Source of the DNA: Trichinella spiralis | Lineage: Eukaryota | DNA: 64,000 bases | Assembly: GCF_000181795.1 (NCBI RefSeq) | Contig: NW_003526943.1 | Coordinates: 7,027,566-7,091,565, forward strand | Direction: 5' to 3' | Shown here: positions 51,917 through 64,000 of the stretch, in pieces | Layout: every line of letters starts with the position of its first letter | How positions within the stretch are numbered: the first letter of the stretch is position 1 | Program-made: the position numbers and the translations under genes | Notes under the pieces: model-generated | The model's database searches: none | What the model saw: only the letters and a program-made list of their open reading frames with translations | What the model was told of the DNA's origin: nothing

Positions 51917-53720
51917 TGTGGATGTTCTTTGGAATGAGGGTTGCCATTAAAATGCACGAACGTGCTTTATTATTACATTACAGTTTATTTTTATTACTAC
52001 ATATTATATTTAAATGTTCAGATTCAACTCAGTTTAGCTAGTAAGTGTACACATTTTCAAATTTACAAATCATTTGATACATGTAAAGTTTTTGCATATT
52101 ATTTATTCAATGGATATAAAACATTGAGGAATGAAAAATAAAAATTTTGTGAAAATGTTCATGACTTTGCAAATTTGATTATTGGAATTAGATGATTTTC
52201 GAACTACCCATGTCTGCATTGGCAAAATTTTGTTTAATCGTATTTTATATAGTATTTTGTTGTTTTTGTCTTTTGATTTGTGAAAACTTAAAAGTTATTA
52301 TTATTGTATTTCAGTAAATACTTTTTTTGAAGAGATTAATATTCTGGACAGAAATGACGATTATAACTTAAAAGTTTGACTAATCATTCACTCATAAAAT
52401 TGAAATCAAAAGTACATTAATTGAAAATTTAGTAAGGCAAATTTATTTCAATGAAAAAAGTTGAGCATAAATGTTTCCAATTTTAATACAATTATTTTCA
52501 GTTATTAGCAAAAGAAAGGGAAGATAAAATCAACGAATAAGAAAGAAAATTGCAATTAGTCAGTGTAAAAGTTGGGAACTTTTTATGCACAATGGAAAAC
52601 TGACTGACGATGATGAAGATGATGGATTGATTGCTGTCAAGTTGGGATATGCTTTTTTTTTCTTAATTTTACATTAAAACCTTCATCTCATTTATGCTTC
52701 ATTGAACTTGACTTCACTGAAAACAGTGAGTCAAATATGACAAATGAATGGAGGAGTGTTTTTGAAAACTGACACTTTACGCATGAAAGCTAAAAGAAAA
52801 AGCAATAAAAAAATTGACAAATGGCAAATGTGAAAATAAATGTACAAAAGACAAAAAAATTTGCCTTCCGATTGAACGTGAAACGAATTTGCATGTAAAA
52901 TTTGTGGCAGATATTATTTATTCCACAAATTAAAAAAAAAACAAAAAGCAAAGCTTCATTTGAGCTGATAAGCAGCACAATGAGAGTCAACTATTTTTTC
53001 CTTGGCAACGCTGTGAAAATGGCAAACAACTCATTCACTCCAACAATACTGAGAAAAAGGTGTGCATGATGTTGAATTTGAAAATTCTTCATTCTGATTT
53101 TATAAAGAAAGCTACTTCACGATTGCTTTATTAAGTAAAATACAAAAATAGCACATCTGACATGAATTTAATTAAATTATAGAAATTTAAAAATTGAATA
53201 TTGATCAATTGACTTAGTTGACCTAATTTGAATGCTACTTTGAAATTCAGGCATTCAAAAATTATTTGAATAAATAATGTTGAAAATAAAATTAATAAAT
53301 AAATAAAATAATTTAAAGAAACAGTGTTTAAAATAGCAAAATGTCAATTTGCCAAACAATATTTTGTTTATAAAATCTGTATAAAGTTTGTAATTGATAA
53401 ATTGAGTAATTTTCAATTTGACGATGATTTGCTTTTAAAATATTACATGTAAGTTTTCTTTAATAAATGCAAAAATGGACACTTTAAAAAATTATTTAAA
53501 ATGAAAAATTTAATATTATTTACAACTGTTTTTAAAGCAAAACGTATCATAAACAAACAAACAAACAAACAAATGAATAAATAAATATGTACAGATATTA
53601 TAAATGTTGTCAGAATGAGCAAGAAAATATTTATTTGTCTTTTAGATGATGTTTAATATTGGATAAATGTTGACTGTTGAATATGGGCAATAAAAAGTAA
53701 TAAGCTTGTACAATTTTAAT

Positions 53721-53878
53721 GTGGCGTGAAAAAGCTGAGCAACGAACACTAGGTAGCGCTAAATGCGGCTTGTTTTGCCCACAACAAAAGCCCCGCAACC
53801 AATCGAGGATCGGCCACAGCTTTGACCAATTAAAATCGCTTCGACCTGTTGACCCACAGGCGTGAACATGGAACCAAT
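53721..53878 (+). promoter_or_regulatory. Candidate promoter with three CCAAT boxes (53799, 53826, 53874) and an E2F-like element (53721)
   Basis: Motifs cluster in a GC-richer patch just upstream of ATG 53929. Confidence 0.3.
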
Positions 53879-53928
53879 TTTATTCAATCATTTTCAAGTG
53901 TGTTGTTGTTCGTTCTCATTAAACTGCT

Positions 53929-54237
53929 ATGGATTCAGCAATAAATAAAAGCACAAGCCATCCCGAGACAAATCAATCGTCCGAAGGGTCGAACCACCGC
54001 CCAGAGGAGATGAACGAAATACTGGAGCAGTTGCAATGTTCGAATATTTGGAAAGCGTCCGGAAGCTCACGTTGGCAAATTGTCGATCCCATCGTGACCA
54101 TCAAAGCCATCCGTACGGACAAGCTGGCACCGGTGCCACAAGCGTTCAAAGCCGACCTACGTCAACTGTGGAGAGAATCCTCGTCGGAAATGTCGGACAG
54201 AAATGACGACAGTCCCAAGTCGTCGACCATCCAGTGA
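53929..54237 (+). CDS. Small uncharacterised single-exon protein (102 aa)
   Basis: ATG-initiated ORF that coincides with a GC-rich island in AT-rich flanks. Confidence 0.55.
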   Translation: MDSAINKSTSHPETNQSSEGSNHRPEEMNEILEQLQCSNIWKASGSSRWQIVDPIVTIKAIRTDKLAPVPQAFKADLRQLWRESSSEMSDRNDDSPKSSTIQ

Positions 54238-56358
54238 ACCACCGCTTTTTCGAACAAGTGAACGAACATGAACGCCAATTTTACAACATTGTAATTATGC
54301 TTATGATTGTATGATTATGAAACAAGCCGAAAGACACCAACCCAACCAAACAAACAAACAATAACAACAAATTCTTATCTATCCATTATTATTTGTTTGT
54401 TGGTTTTTTTTGTCTTTTCATCACGAAGCAAGCATCTTGTTGTTTCTGAGAAGTGATTTATCTATTATCCGAAGCGTTTGATTTTTATTAAAAAATTTCT
54501 TGTTAGCCAACCACCCTGTGTTTTGTTGTATCTGTTGCACCGTTGCTGGTCGTTTTTATCCGTCTATATATGTATATATATATATACGTTCAAATTATAA
54601 CTTTGGAGTCAGAAATTTGGGAGGAAAAGTAATTTGGCTTTTAAATTTTCAAATTTTATCGCTTTATGATTAATGTTGAAATTGTTAACCCACTTTGACC
54701 GTGAGACAATGCAGATCAACCGAAAAGTGATCTGCGGAATTGAATTTCCACTAGTATGAAGCCCAACGAATAAGTACGGCAGGATGTGAACTTTCCAAGT
54801 GAACAACAATTCGACGCCGTACAATTTCGAATACATAATTTCATTTGAAATTTATAAAATAATTAATATTTACAAAAGTTAACTGAAATTAAAAAAAAGA
54901 AACGAATGCGGCATGTAAATTTTCACCTACAATTGAAAGTATACACACACACGCACACAGACGTGTAAAGATACTTTTCGTTTATTATTACAACTTTTTC
55001 CCATTGTAATAGTTGATCATTTTGTTTAAAAATGTAAATGGATAAAGTAAAATTAATATCAGTAAAAAAATTCAATCGAAATGGAAAATTATCAATGGCG
55101 TATTTATTAAAAATGAAAAAGCAAACAGTAGATGAGCAAAGCTAACTAAACGGTTGTAGTGAGACAAATGCGACAATTTATCGCGTTTAAAATGATAATT
55201 TTTCACGTCTGAACCATTTTATTAAAAAATGACAAAAGTTAAAGCATGTTCGAGAAAAATAAGTTTACATTTCGATTCTCTGTGTTGATACAGACGGCGT
55301 TGAAATGACGTCATCGTCTGACAGACAAAACAGTGAGTAAGCAAGCTATTCGGTGTGCATCAATTTTTATTGTTGGCGTTTGTTCAACTGTGAGCAGCAT
55401 GCTCATTTTTTATTGATCTTAAATTACCATTGTAACAAACGGATGTGTATTTTTAACCCCCATTTACGTGCGCTATATACAATGTACAAGCAGTTTACAG
55501 TTTTGTAAAGGTTTACAGTTTTTTTGAATAATTTTCAATTAAATATCAATTTAATTTTTCCAAAACAGAACAATTTAGTCAAATATTGAACTAAATATCA
55601 TGAAATAAAAAAATTAAATAAATCGATTACTGTAATTTATTAACATATTCAAGTACGGTTACAAGTAATTTTACGTACGGTTACATCATGATGAATATTT
55701 TTTAAAATTATATTAACATCCATATTTTCGTAAAGTTATAATTTTTGGATAAAATTCTCGAATGAAATAACTAACAATTATACTTTTTTTCCATTAATAC
55801 TTGAAATTTGAAAGTTGCACGCTGTGAAATTAGTATGAATGCCGTTCATTTGCTTGAAGTTATGTCATATTGCATCACTAAAATTTCAATTTTAAATATA
55901 CATAACAAAATAAATTAATAAATATAAATATAAATGTATATATATGATCCATTTCAATTAAACCAAGCCTGTAAAAAATAATGAATAATAAAATTATAAA
56001 AACATAAATTTATTTATTATAACGCTTAAAAAGTTGAAAATTCTATTAAAAATAATCAATAATAAATGAAAAATATTAGTAATTAATTATTTTAAATAAT
56101 TCATTCAATATGCAAAATTATTCTATACCTTGATTAAATGAAATATATTCGTTTCTGTAAAATTGAACGAAGCTTCGAGTGATTTTCAGTAGGAGGAGAG
56201 CAAGTGAAGGTCATTTCACAAAAGCGTCCAATTATTGTAATGTACGCGTTTTTTCCATCTGTCAGTCGACCTTGATTAGCTAATTAAGCATGCTGTGGGG
56301 CGCGGCTAAGCGTCAGTATCGTGGCAAGTAGCCTGATGAAAGTTGGCTGATCGTTCGA

Positions 56359-56736
56359 ATGTTTAACGTGCATAAAAACCGAGTGATGAATTCACGTCCA
56401 GACGATTCTGAACCATGCACATCCGGTTGCAGTGATCCCAAACCGTTGTTGCTGTGGGCCCCACGCAAGGCCAAAATGTATAAATCATTCAAGTTCGATA
56501 CACCGCCCAAAGCTCGACGAAGATTGGTTTTCACTCAGGATCCGGAATTGACCAAAGCCAGTGATTCGGATAAAATTACAAATACACCCCAGACGAGAAA
56601 AAGAGCTTATAAAATGGAAGGGACAAGTGAAGTGGAAAATAATGCGAAAAGATCTCATCAAGAATCCGAGACGAAACGGGAAACCACAGTGATCACTGAT
56701 GGTCGGACAAGTAAAGACGACTGTGACCAAAGCTGA
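56359..56736 (+). CDS. Small disordered protein (125 aa) with CDK-site and cyclin-docking-like motifs
   Basis: Coding-like composition; contains WAPRK and TPPKARRRLVF. Confidence 0.6.
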   Translation: MFNVHKNRVMNSRPDDSEPCTSGCSDPKPLLLWAPRKAKMYKSFKFDTPPKARRRLVFTQDPELTKASDSDKITNTPQTRKRAYKMEGTSEVENNAKRSHQESETKRETTVITDGRTSKDDCDQS

Positions 56737-58619
56737 CAATATTTTCACCCCGGCCCCACCTTCAAGGTATCTAGCCGGGGTTGTCAGATTTGAATAATGT
56801 GTCGTTAATTTTTGTTTTCCACGTTCGGTTGTTGTTGTTTCTATTTTTGAAATTTGCTTTACAATTGTTGTTTGCGAGAGCTGAAAGAGTGACAGTTAGT
56901 GTTGTCAATCCAAGGCCAAATGAATTTTTTCACTGCGCAGTTGTACACGATGACGATGTTTTATTTTCAGTTGAAACTTATCGTAAACTGCATTGTGCGT
57001 TGCATTTCAGTGTCGCATCAATCAATTAAAAAACATTTTTTTTATTCATTTTGTTTATTTTTAACAAACTGTTCCGGTTAATTAATCGAGTTTATATGAC
57101 AATAATAATAACGATAATTTGCATAATGATGGCACAGTACAAATCATGAATGGAAACATTTTTGAACAAATTTTGTCCAAATCATACATCTTCATTTGTA
57201 TTATTGTAAAATTTTGATGAGAAAAGAAACTATTTTACAAAATTAAAAGAACAAAACTATCATTTCGCATTTTTAATTTATTACAGCTAACACAACTTTT
57301 CTCAATTTTTTTTCTATAGATTACACTCGAACAATGTACTACACATTAGTGATAAATCGAATACAGTGTTGAAGATTAATGATAACTGAAGCTTACTTAG
57401 CGTGATTAATTAACTATGATTGTAATGAATCAATAGTATAATACTTTTATTTTGCTTTCTATATGTTTCAACGATTAGGGCTTGGCTTTTTATACACAAT
57501 TTCAGAAATATTATACACATTTTATATCTTGGAATATTGCAATTCTCATCATTTAGTCAAATTTTGGGAAATAAATGTTAATTTTTTTTAATATTTCACA
57601 ATTGCTACAACTTTTTAAAATTCGCCAATTTTACGTGTACAAAAATCAAATATTAAGAAAAAAACAACTAATTTGCACTGCTGTTTTCTTTAGAAAGCAT
57701 ATATTCGACGTTACACTTTAAAAATTTAATCATAAATATAATTAATATTTCCTAATAATCATTTTTGACATTTTTCACATTATGAAAATGAAAAATCTTT
57801 GTTTTTTTTAAATAAAAGACAGATTTTATGTATACTTTATATTTACAGTAAGAAATAATGAAGTTAATAAAAAGAGAAAAAGAATTAATTTGCTTCAAAA
57901 CTCGATAAGAAAAATTTTTAAGAGTTTATAAATTAAATATTTTGAATTTAAAATTTAATTTCTTATTTTTAATAATAATTATTATTTGTTCGAAAAACAC
58001 GTTGATGATATGTGTATTATGAAGTATTATGGTAATTGAAATTTCTGAATTTATTTTATTTATTTATAATTAAGTTGTCCGAAAAATAATGCTGTTCATA
58101 TGGTATGGTGCAGATGCTGATCCATGTGGAAAATTGGACAGATTGATTTTTTTTTCTTATGGGATACGTCTGAAATGTCGAAAACCTTATGTTATAATAA
58201 CAGAAAATAATATGCATTTTTTGATGATTACGTCATAATTATTTTGGTCATCTGGTTTGCAGAAAGCAAAAATGCAAGCGATATGCGGTGATGCCGGTGA
58301 AGTCGGCCAATGGGGATTTAATTTTTTCACAAGTGAACAGACCTTCAGAATTTACAAATTGTCGGTCAAGGTTTGAAGAAACAATTTTCGCCTTTATTCT
58401 CCCAAGAGGGATGACGTAATCAACATTGAGAGGCGTTTACTTGTCGCATATGTCAATTTCTCTTTTTATAATTTTAAACTGATCTGTTAATTTCATTTAA
58501 TTAATTCAGATAAAGTGCTTTAAACTGAGTTGATAAAAGTTGTTTAAATAATCCGTTTAAACGGTTAAAATGAATCTACAGTAAAGTGCTCATTTTTTAT
58601 TTCGATTAAATTTTTTGTA

Positions 58620-59504
58620 ATGATTAAATATCTTTATATATTGTTTTATTTGTTTATATGCTTTATTTTGTTAAAATATAGTTCTAGCATTTCACTTATG
58701 CCCAAAAATGATGAAAGGCTGTTTGTCAGTTCGAATCAGTCGATGTACAATATTTTTTCTGTTACTAAGATAAGAGCTGCAGCTGGAAGCACGGCGAGGC
58801 TACCTTGTCACGCTTATACGATTATAACTGCGGACCTTGATAACAACGACTCAGCTATTACTGACGTCCAATGGTATCGACTGACGAGCAATGGTTTACA
58901 AAGAATTATTTTTCTTTTTGAAAGTGAAATGAAATTATGGTTCATTTAAATTTTGGTTTATTTTAGAAAAGAAATACTTTATTATTGTCAGTTTGCATTA
59001 TTTAGGAGATATATCAACCGAAATGACAATATGTATATAACTAATGCTCAACCTGAAAAAGATAATGACATTTATTATTGCATTGCTGAGAATCTAATAA
59101 ATGGAAAATTGAGTTCAGTTGTAAATTTAGGTGTTAAATTTTATTTTCAACATTTGAAATAAATTTTACATTATAAGTCAATTTTTAGAAATTTATTTTT
59201 GCAACAAACTGTCCAGGTTCGACGAAAACGCTTGCGGATATGGATATTGCGAATTGGAAATAAATTCCATTGACAACCAACCATTAGTGAAATGCATTTG
59301 TGAATATGGATATTCAGGATTATTTTGTGAAAGCAGTAATTAATTTTATTTTTAATTATTATTATTTTCCTAAATTTTTTCATTTTAGAAGACGACGAGT
59401 ATCGTATATTTGAAATTTTATTTCCATCCATTTTAGTAATGTTGATCACAGTAGTGTTATTTGCAAAGTTAAGTGAACTTCACAAATATCAATATTCATT
59501 ATAA
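58620..59504 (+). CDS. Signal peptide-Ig-EGF-TM protein, paralog 1; exons 58620-58939, 59006-59130, 59189-59335, 59389-~59504
   Basis: Ig motifs ARLPC, VQWYR and DIYYC. EGF CNKLSRFDENACGYGYCELEINSIDNQPLVKCICEYGYSGLFC. TM ILFPSILVMLITVVLFA. The 3' end is uncertain. Confidence 0.8.
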
Positions 59505-60297
59505 AAAGAAAAGTTTATTAAGTATGATTAGCTTTAAATTAAACCATTATCAATAATTCAAATAAGGCAATTTTCTCTTCAAACATGGCAAATTTATTTA
59601 ATTTTATAAATATAGAATATTTTGCCCATTTTATTCCTTGTCAACTGAACAAAAATATAGCAATGAACATTGTATGAAGACAATCAACAAGCAGTGATGG
59701 CATGATAAATTGCCAAATAGAACAAGCATAATGATGATAAATTTCAGTAGCAGTCTGCAAATTGCAGCGAATAAAATATAGCAGGAAAACTGTCATTTTT
59801 TTTCCTTCATCTGCAAAGACACAAAATGCTGCTGTTGTTTAGCATATTTATGAAGGTGATAAAAGTGAAAGGATAAAAAAAAGTACGTGATTCAATTGTT
59901 CACTTGGGAATGTTTCAATTGTGCTGTTTTGCCTGCTTTGAGAAGAAGATTTTTGAAGAGAAGCAATTAATAAAATTTGGTGCATTTGATTAATGCCGTT
60001 CTTTTACTTGAACAATTGCAAAATTGTTGCACTACTAGAAGATTGGGATAAATTTCTACAACTTCCATGACTGGGAAGTTTAAACACATGTTGCGATTTG
60101 TTGCAAAAATGTTGATTATCAAATAAATTCATAAGGATGCTTTTGAAATGCTTGAAAATAATGCACAATTTAAAAAATGTGTTAATTTTATTCAAATCAA
60201 ATAAATATGTGCTGTCCAAAGTAATAATTGTCAAAAACAACGTGTGTACAAATATTGTCGGTGAGAAAATGTATCGACAAATTGAGGCAACAATATT

Positions 60298-60975
60298 CTA
60301 AGATTGAGGCATCTGCTGGCATAGGAATGGTCGCTTAGTGTCGCACTTAGCCCAGTGCAATTCCACCACCATTGCATTCCTTTCTACATGGCATGATAAG
60401 CAATTTTCTTCTGATACGTGCCCGTAGCCTTCGTCGTCGGAAATTTGAAAAGGTCTAAAAATATGCTACATGTATACATGCGTGTGAAATTTCCGAAATG
60501 AAAAAGATTAATTACAAATTGTCAATATTGGCACCCCAGTTGCGTAACCAAATAAAGTTATCACCGTTATAATTCATACCAATCCAAAAGCATTTTCCTT
60601 CAGGAACAATATTTGCAATTGAATTCTGAAAAAAAACCATCAAATTGATATGGATAATAAATGGAAATGATTAAACTTAAAATATTCACTTACCAACTCT
60701 TCAACAGAAGATGGAACGAATAGATTTTTGCCGAATTTTTCACATTCACGTTCAGCATCCGAAAATTGCATTGTCGGTTGATCGTAAAAAATGTACGAAA
60801 TGTTGTTCCAAATGAAACTTTGCAGTTGAAGATGTTCCACTCGAGCAGCAGTTTCTGCTGTGGATGTTGGCTTATTGCTTTCCCAACGCTTTGGCGCCAG
60901 AAAGTCTGCCGTGGAACGATTGTAAAGCGGCGCCGCAGTTATCGCGTTGAAGCCCACAAAAAACATCAGCAACAT
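60298..60975 (-). CDS. Secreted C-type lectin-domain protein; exons 60975-60694, 60625-60516, 60454-60298
   Basis: Signal-like MLLMFFVGFNAITA, then FSDAERECEKFGKNL, FWIGM, ENCL and WAKCDTKRPFLCQ. Confidence 0.85.
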
Positions 60976-61954
60976 ATTTGGAGACAGAAAAGTGCACCGT
61001 TTGGCAAGTGAGAAAAAATCCACTATTAATAGCGGCCTAAGATTAACCTGGCTCAAAATTAGCAATGACCACAACGCGTGACCCAAGCCCAAGCAAGCAT
61101 TACTTTATTTGCTAATCAGATGTGCGTCAATTAATGGCAACTGCCGTGTTAATGATCCAAAAATTGACAAAGCATGGAGAGAAGTAAAAATGTAGCGCCC
61201 ATTTTTGGCCAATCATCAACGACACTGTAAAAATACAAAGCAATAATTAAAGGTTCATAACACGAACGCTAATAATCCGCTGTTTTTTGGGGCAACAAAT
61301 TCGCACCACTTGTTGACAGCAAACAATCACTTGATTGTTATTACGCTCAAGAAAAATAATGAAGATGAAAAATATGAATTTTCATGCATATTCAATTGTT
61401 TATTTAGTTTTGCTTTTCAAAATTCAAAAATATGCTACAAATGGTGAGAAAAGTTGGAACAAAATTATCTTAGCAGCGCTAAAACAAAAAGATGTCGACG
61501 CCAGTGTTTTAAGGTGCATTTTGCCATTTTTAGATCATAAACGCTTCTCGATAATAGCACGTGATGATCAATGAATGAATGAATGAATGAATGATTCACT
61601 GCAATGTTGGTGCAAAAAGCAAACATGCTTACTTGCTTGCACGTTCACCAGTTTCACGGCTGATTGAACATGGCAAAAGTTTATGGCACATTTGGATTTA
61701 GTGAATTTTATTGTGAAATTTTTGATTATCATTTTTAGGCCATTTTCTAATTTAAAATTCTCATTGAACAGCCTTTTCACTTCATTGTTGGCTTAACAAC
61801 AAACAAACATAATTGCACACGAAAACAATGCAACTGTAAAACTCGGCTTTAAAGTGAATGAACACTTTAAAATTTCATGCTTTACAAGCATGGATAAATA
61901 AAACTATTTAAAGTCAAAAATCAACTCGAATTGAAAACACTGACAATAGTGAAA

Positions 61955-62907
61955 ATGAAAATGAAAATATTATTAATAGCAGCGTTGATTGTTTGTTGCA
62001 GTCGAGCGATGATAAAAGCTAATAGTTGGCGTATGCCTATTTATAAATATGTCGAGCGGCGAGCTGTTTTTGTTGGGCGATCGATTATTTTTCAGTGCAA
62101 CATGAAAAAAGAATTTGAAAATTTTATCCCTTACAACAGTAGCTGGCGTTTAGGTATTCAATGGCTTCGCTTGACGCCTCATGGTTTTCTGCCAATTGCA
62201 TACCCGGATGCATTTCCGATGGCATATAGGTAAAAAAAGTTTTCAATTTTACCACTATTTAATGTTTAATGTTTAGAAATTATGAAATATCAAACGACAC
62301 ACTGAAAATAATCAGTGCTCAAGAAGATTTGCACAGTGGATTGTACATGTGCACAGTTAACAGAGGGCCACATCAAGTGTTTGCTACTGCCTTTGAATTA
62401 AGTTCAGCAATTTATCCATATTGGTCAATGATGTTGCTAATTTACAATTTTAGGTGTAGATGTATGCAAATTTGAAAATTTCCTTTATATAGATTATTGT
62501 AAATTTGGTGTTTGCGAAATATCAAAGGATGATTTCAATTTAACAGAACTCAACTGCGCATGTGAACCTGGATACAGTGGTTTCGGTTGCATTCACAGTG
62601 ATGCATTTTTATTTCTTTCATTTTTTAAAATTACATCTATTTGCTGAAAGATTTTCTTATCACAGGAACTAAAATTCTAAGAACGTATATATGGTTGGCG
62701 TGGATTCCAGTATTTGTCATGAGCTCAACTACAATAGTTGCAGTGACCATTATCTTCTTCGTCGTCGATGCAAGGTAACGAGCATGAAGAAGTCTATTTT
62801 TCTAAGTACTCAATATAAAAGATTTTTTTAGAAAAAAGAGAAAAAAGTATGCAAGGCATCGAATAATAACATATCGAAACATGATAGAAGATGATTTGAA
62901 GGATTGA
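61955..62907 (+). CDS. Signal peptide-Ig-EGF-TM protein, paralog 2; exons 61955-62229, 62277-62401, 62454-62597, 62666-62774, 62832-62907
   Basis: Signal MKMKILLIAALIVCCSRA. Ig IIFQC, IQWLR, SGLYMC. EGF CKFENFLYIDYCKFGVCEISKDDFNLTELNCACEPGYSGFGC. TM followed by the stop-transfer RKKRKK. Confidence 0.88.
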
Positions 62908-63387
62908 AGAAATGCATTTATTGTTAAATTTATTTAAATTTATTGCAAATGTAGCAGATATGAAGATATAATTTCAGTCATACCATTTCATTTTCCATAC
63001 TATACCAATATTTCAAAAGATAAATAACAACAATTTGAAAAATGAATGACAAATATACTTTTCATATTATTTTTCTTGTTTACACTCGATTCATTATCTC
63101 CAATGAATATTTTGTAATAGTACACAACCGTGAAAAACGCATGTTTAAAATAATAAACAGTACTTTATTTGTTTATTTTCAATGTATTAATTTAAAAGCG
63201 TATTTGTTTATCTTAATTGAAATTTAAATAATTAAAAACAAAAACAATAAATGTGATAATTATAAACTGTTGAAATTTAAACTTTAAAATACCACCAGTT
63301 TGAGTGTAATTTAAACTAAGCATTTTATGCAAACTGTTCAAACACAAATATCCGGATCAAATGCAGATTATTAGCTTTTCTGGTAAA

Positions 63388-64000
63388 ATGAAAAGGTATT
63401 TCAAAGGGATGTTACCCATTTTAATTGTATATTTTATACTGATGATGCAAAGTGTGACGTCGGATTTAATAAAAGATGAAGAAGGATATATAGAAATTCC
63501 TCCTGTTCAGTTCCGCAAGGAAGCGTATTTTGATCTTCGAAGCGGTCACGGCGCTACAATTTCTTGCCAGAGTATCAAGGAGGAATTATTACCGTTCGTG
63601 AAATCTGAAGAAAATTGGCAAACCCAAACACACTGGTATAAAAAAAATGATTCAAACTGGCAGTTAGTTACCGTACCTAGCGACATGCCGCAAATTTTAC
63701 AGTAAACATAATTTTTCTCATTACAACAACAATACAGGTCATGCGATTGGTTTAGAAATTTACGATTTTATGGTGAAGATATCGAAATAGCAAGTTTATT
63801 AGCTGGCGTGCACAACGGAGATTATCTTTGCATAGTTTCCATTGTAAACAAAAGCATTGCCGTTGCGATGAACATTCGCTTGGGTAAACTGAATTTAAAC
63901 AGACAAATAAGAAATAATTTATTGTCATATTCTACTTTTTTTTCAACAGATGTTTTCGATTGTAAGCAACATTTTAGCGTCTCCCACGGTTATTGTTTTC
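63388..64000 (+). CDS. Signal peptide-Ig-EGF protein, paralog 3 (truncated by the window end); exons 63388-63701, 63756-63883, 63950-
   Basis: Signal peptide, Ig ATISC, THWYK and NGDYLC, then EGF start CKQHFSVSHGYC with the same CX10C spacing and intron phases as paralogs 1 and 2. Confidence 0.8.

Overview
This is AT-rich, gene-dense eukaryotic genomic DNA with short GT-AG introns. It is most consistent with a clade I parasitic nematode such as Trichinella. That assignment is inferred from the C-terminally extended mitochondrial EF-Tu1, the tiny introns and the compact gene spacing. Recognisable genes, in order: CSN5, an intact piggyBac-like transposase ORF, mitochondrial EF-Tu1, two convergent intronless orphan ORFs of about 660 aa, a CNG channel alpha subunit (tax-4-like), TRAX, CCDC86/Cgr1, UBXN4, Nup188, ATP-citrate lyase, two small orphan ORFs, a C-type lectin, and three tandem signal peptide-Ig-EGF(-TM) genes running off the right end. 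Mobile DNA includes a decayed Ty3/gypsy element (49.7-51.2 kb), short LTR-like relatives at 9.5 and 12.3 kb, a BEL/Pao gag remnant, and a ~1.3 kb inverted duplication (5197-6538 vs 50620-51916) that includes the CSN5 stop codon. The most interesting leads are (1) the divergent neuregulin-like Ig-EGF-TM paralog array, (2) a probably domesticated piggyBac lacking its third catalytic Asp, (3) the convergent orphan pair, which may be distant paralogs, and (4) the long-range inverted duplication. All calls were made by eye, without database searches.
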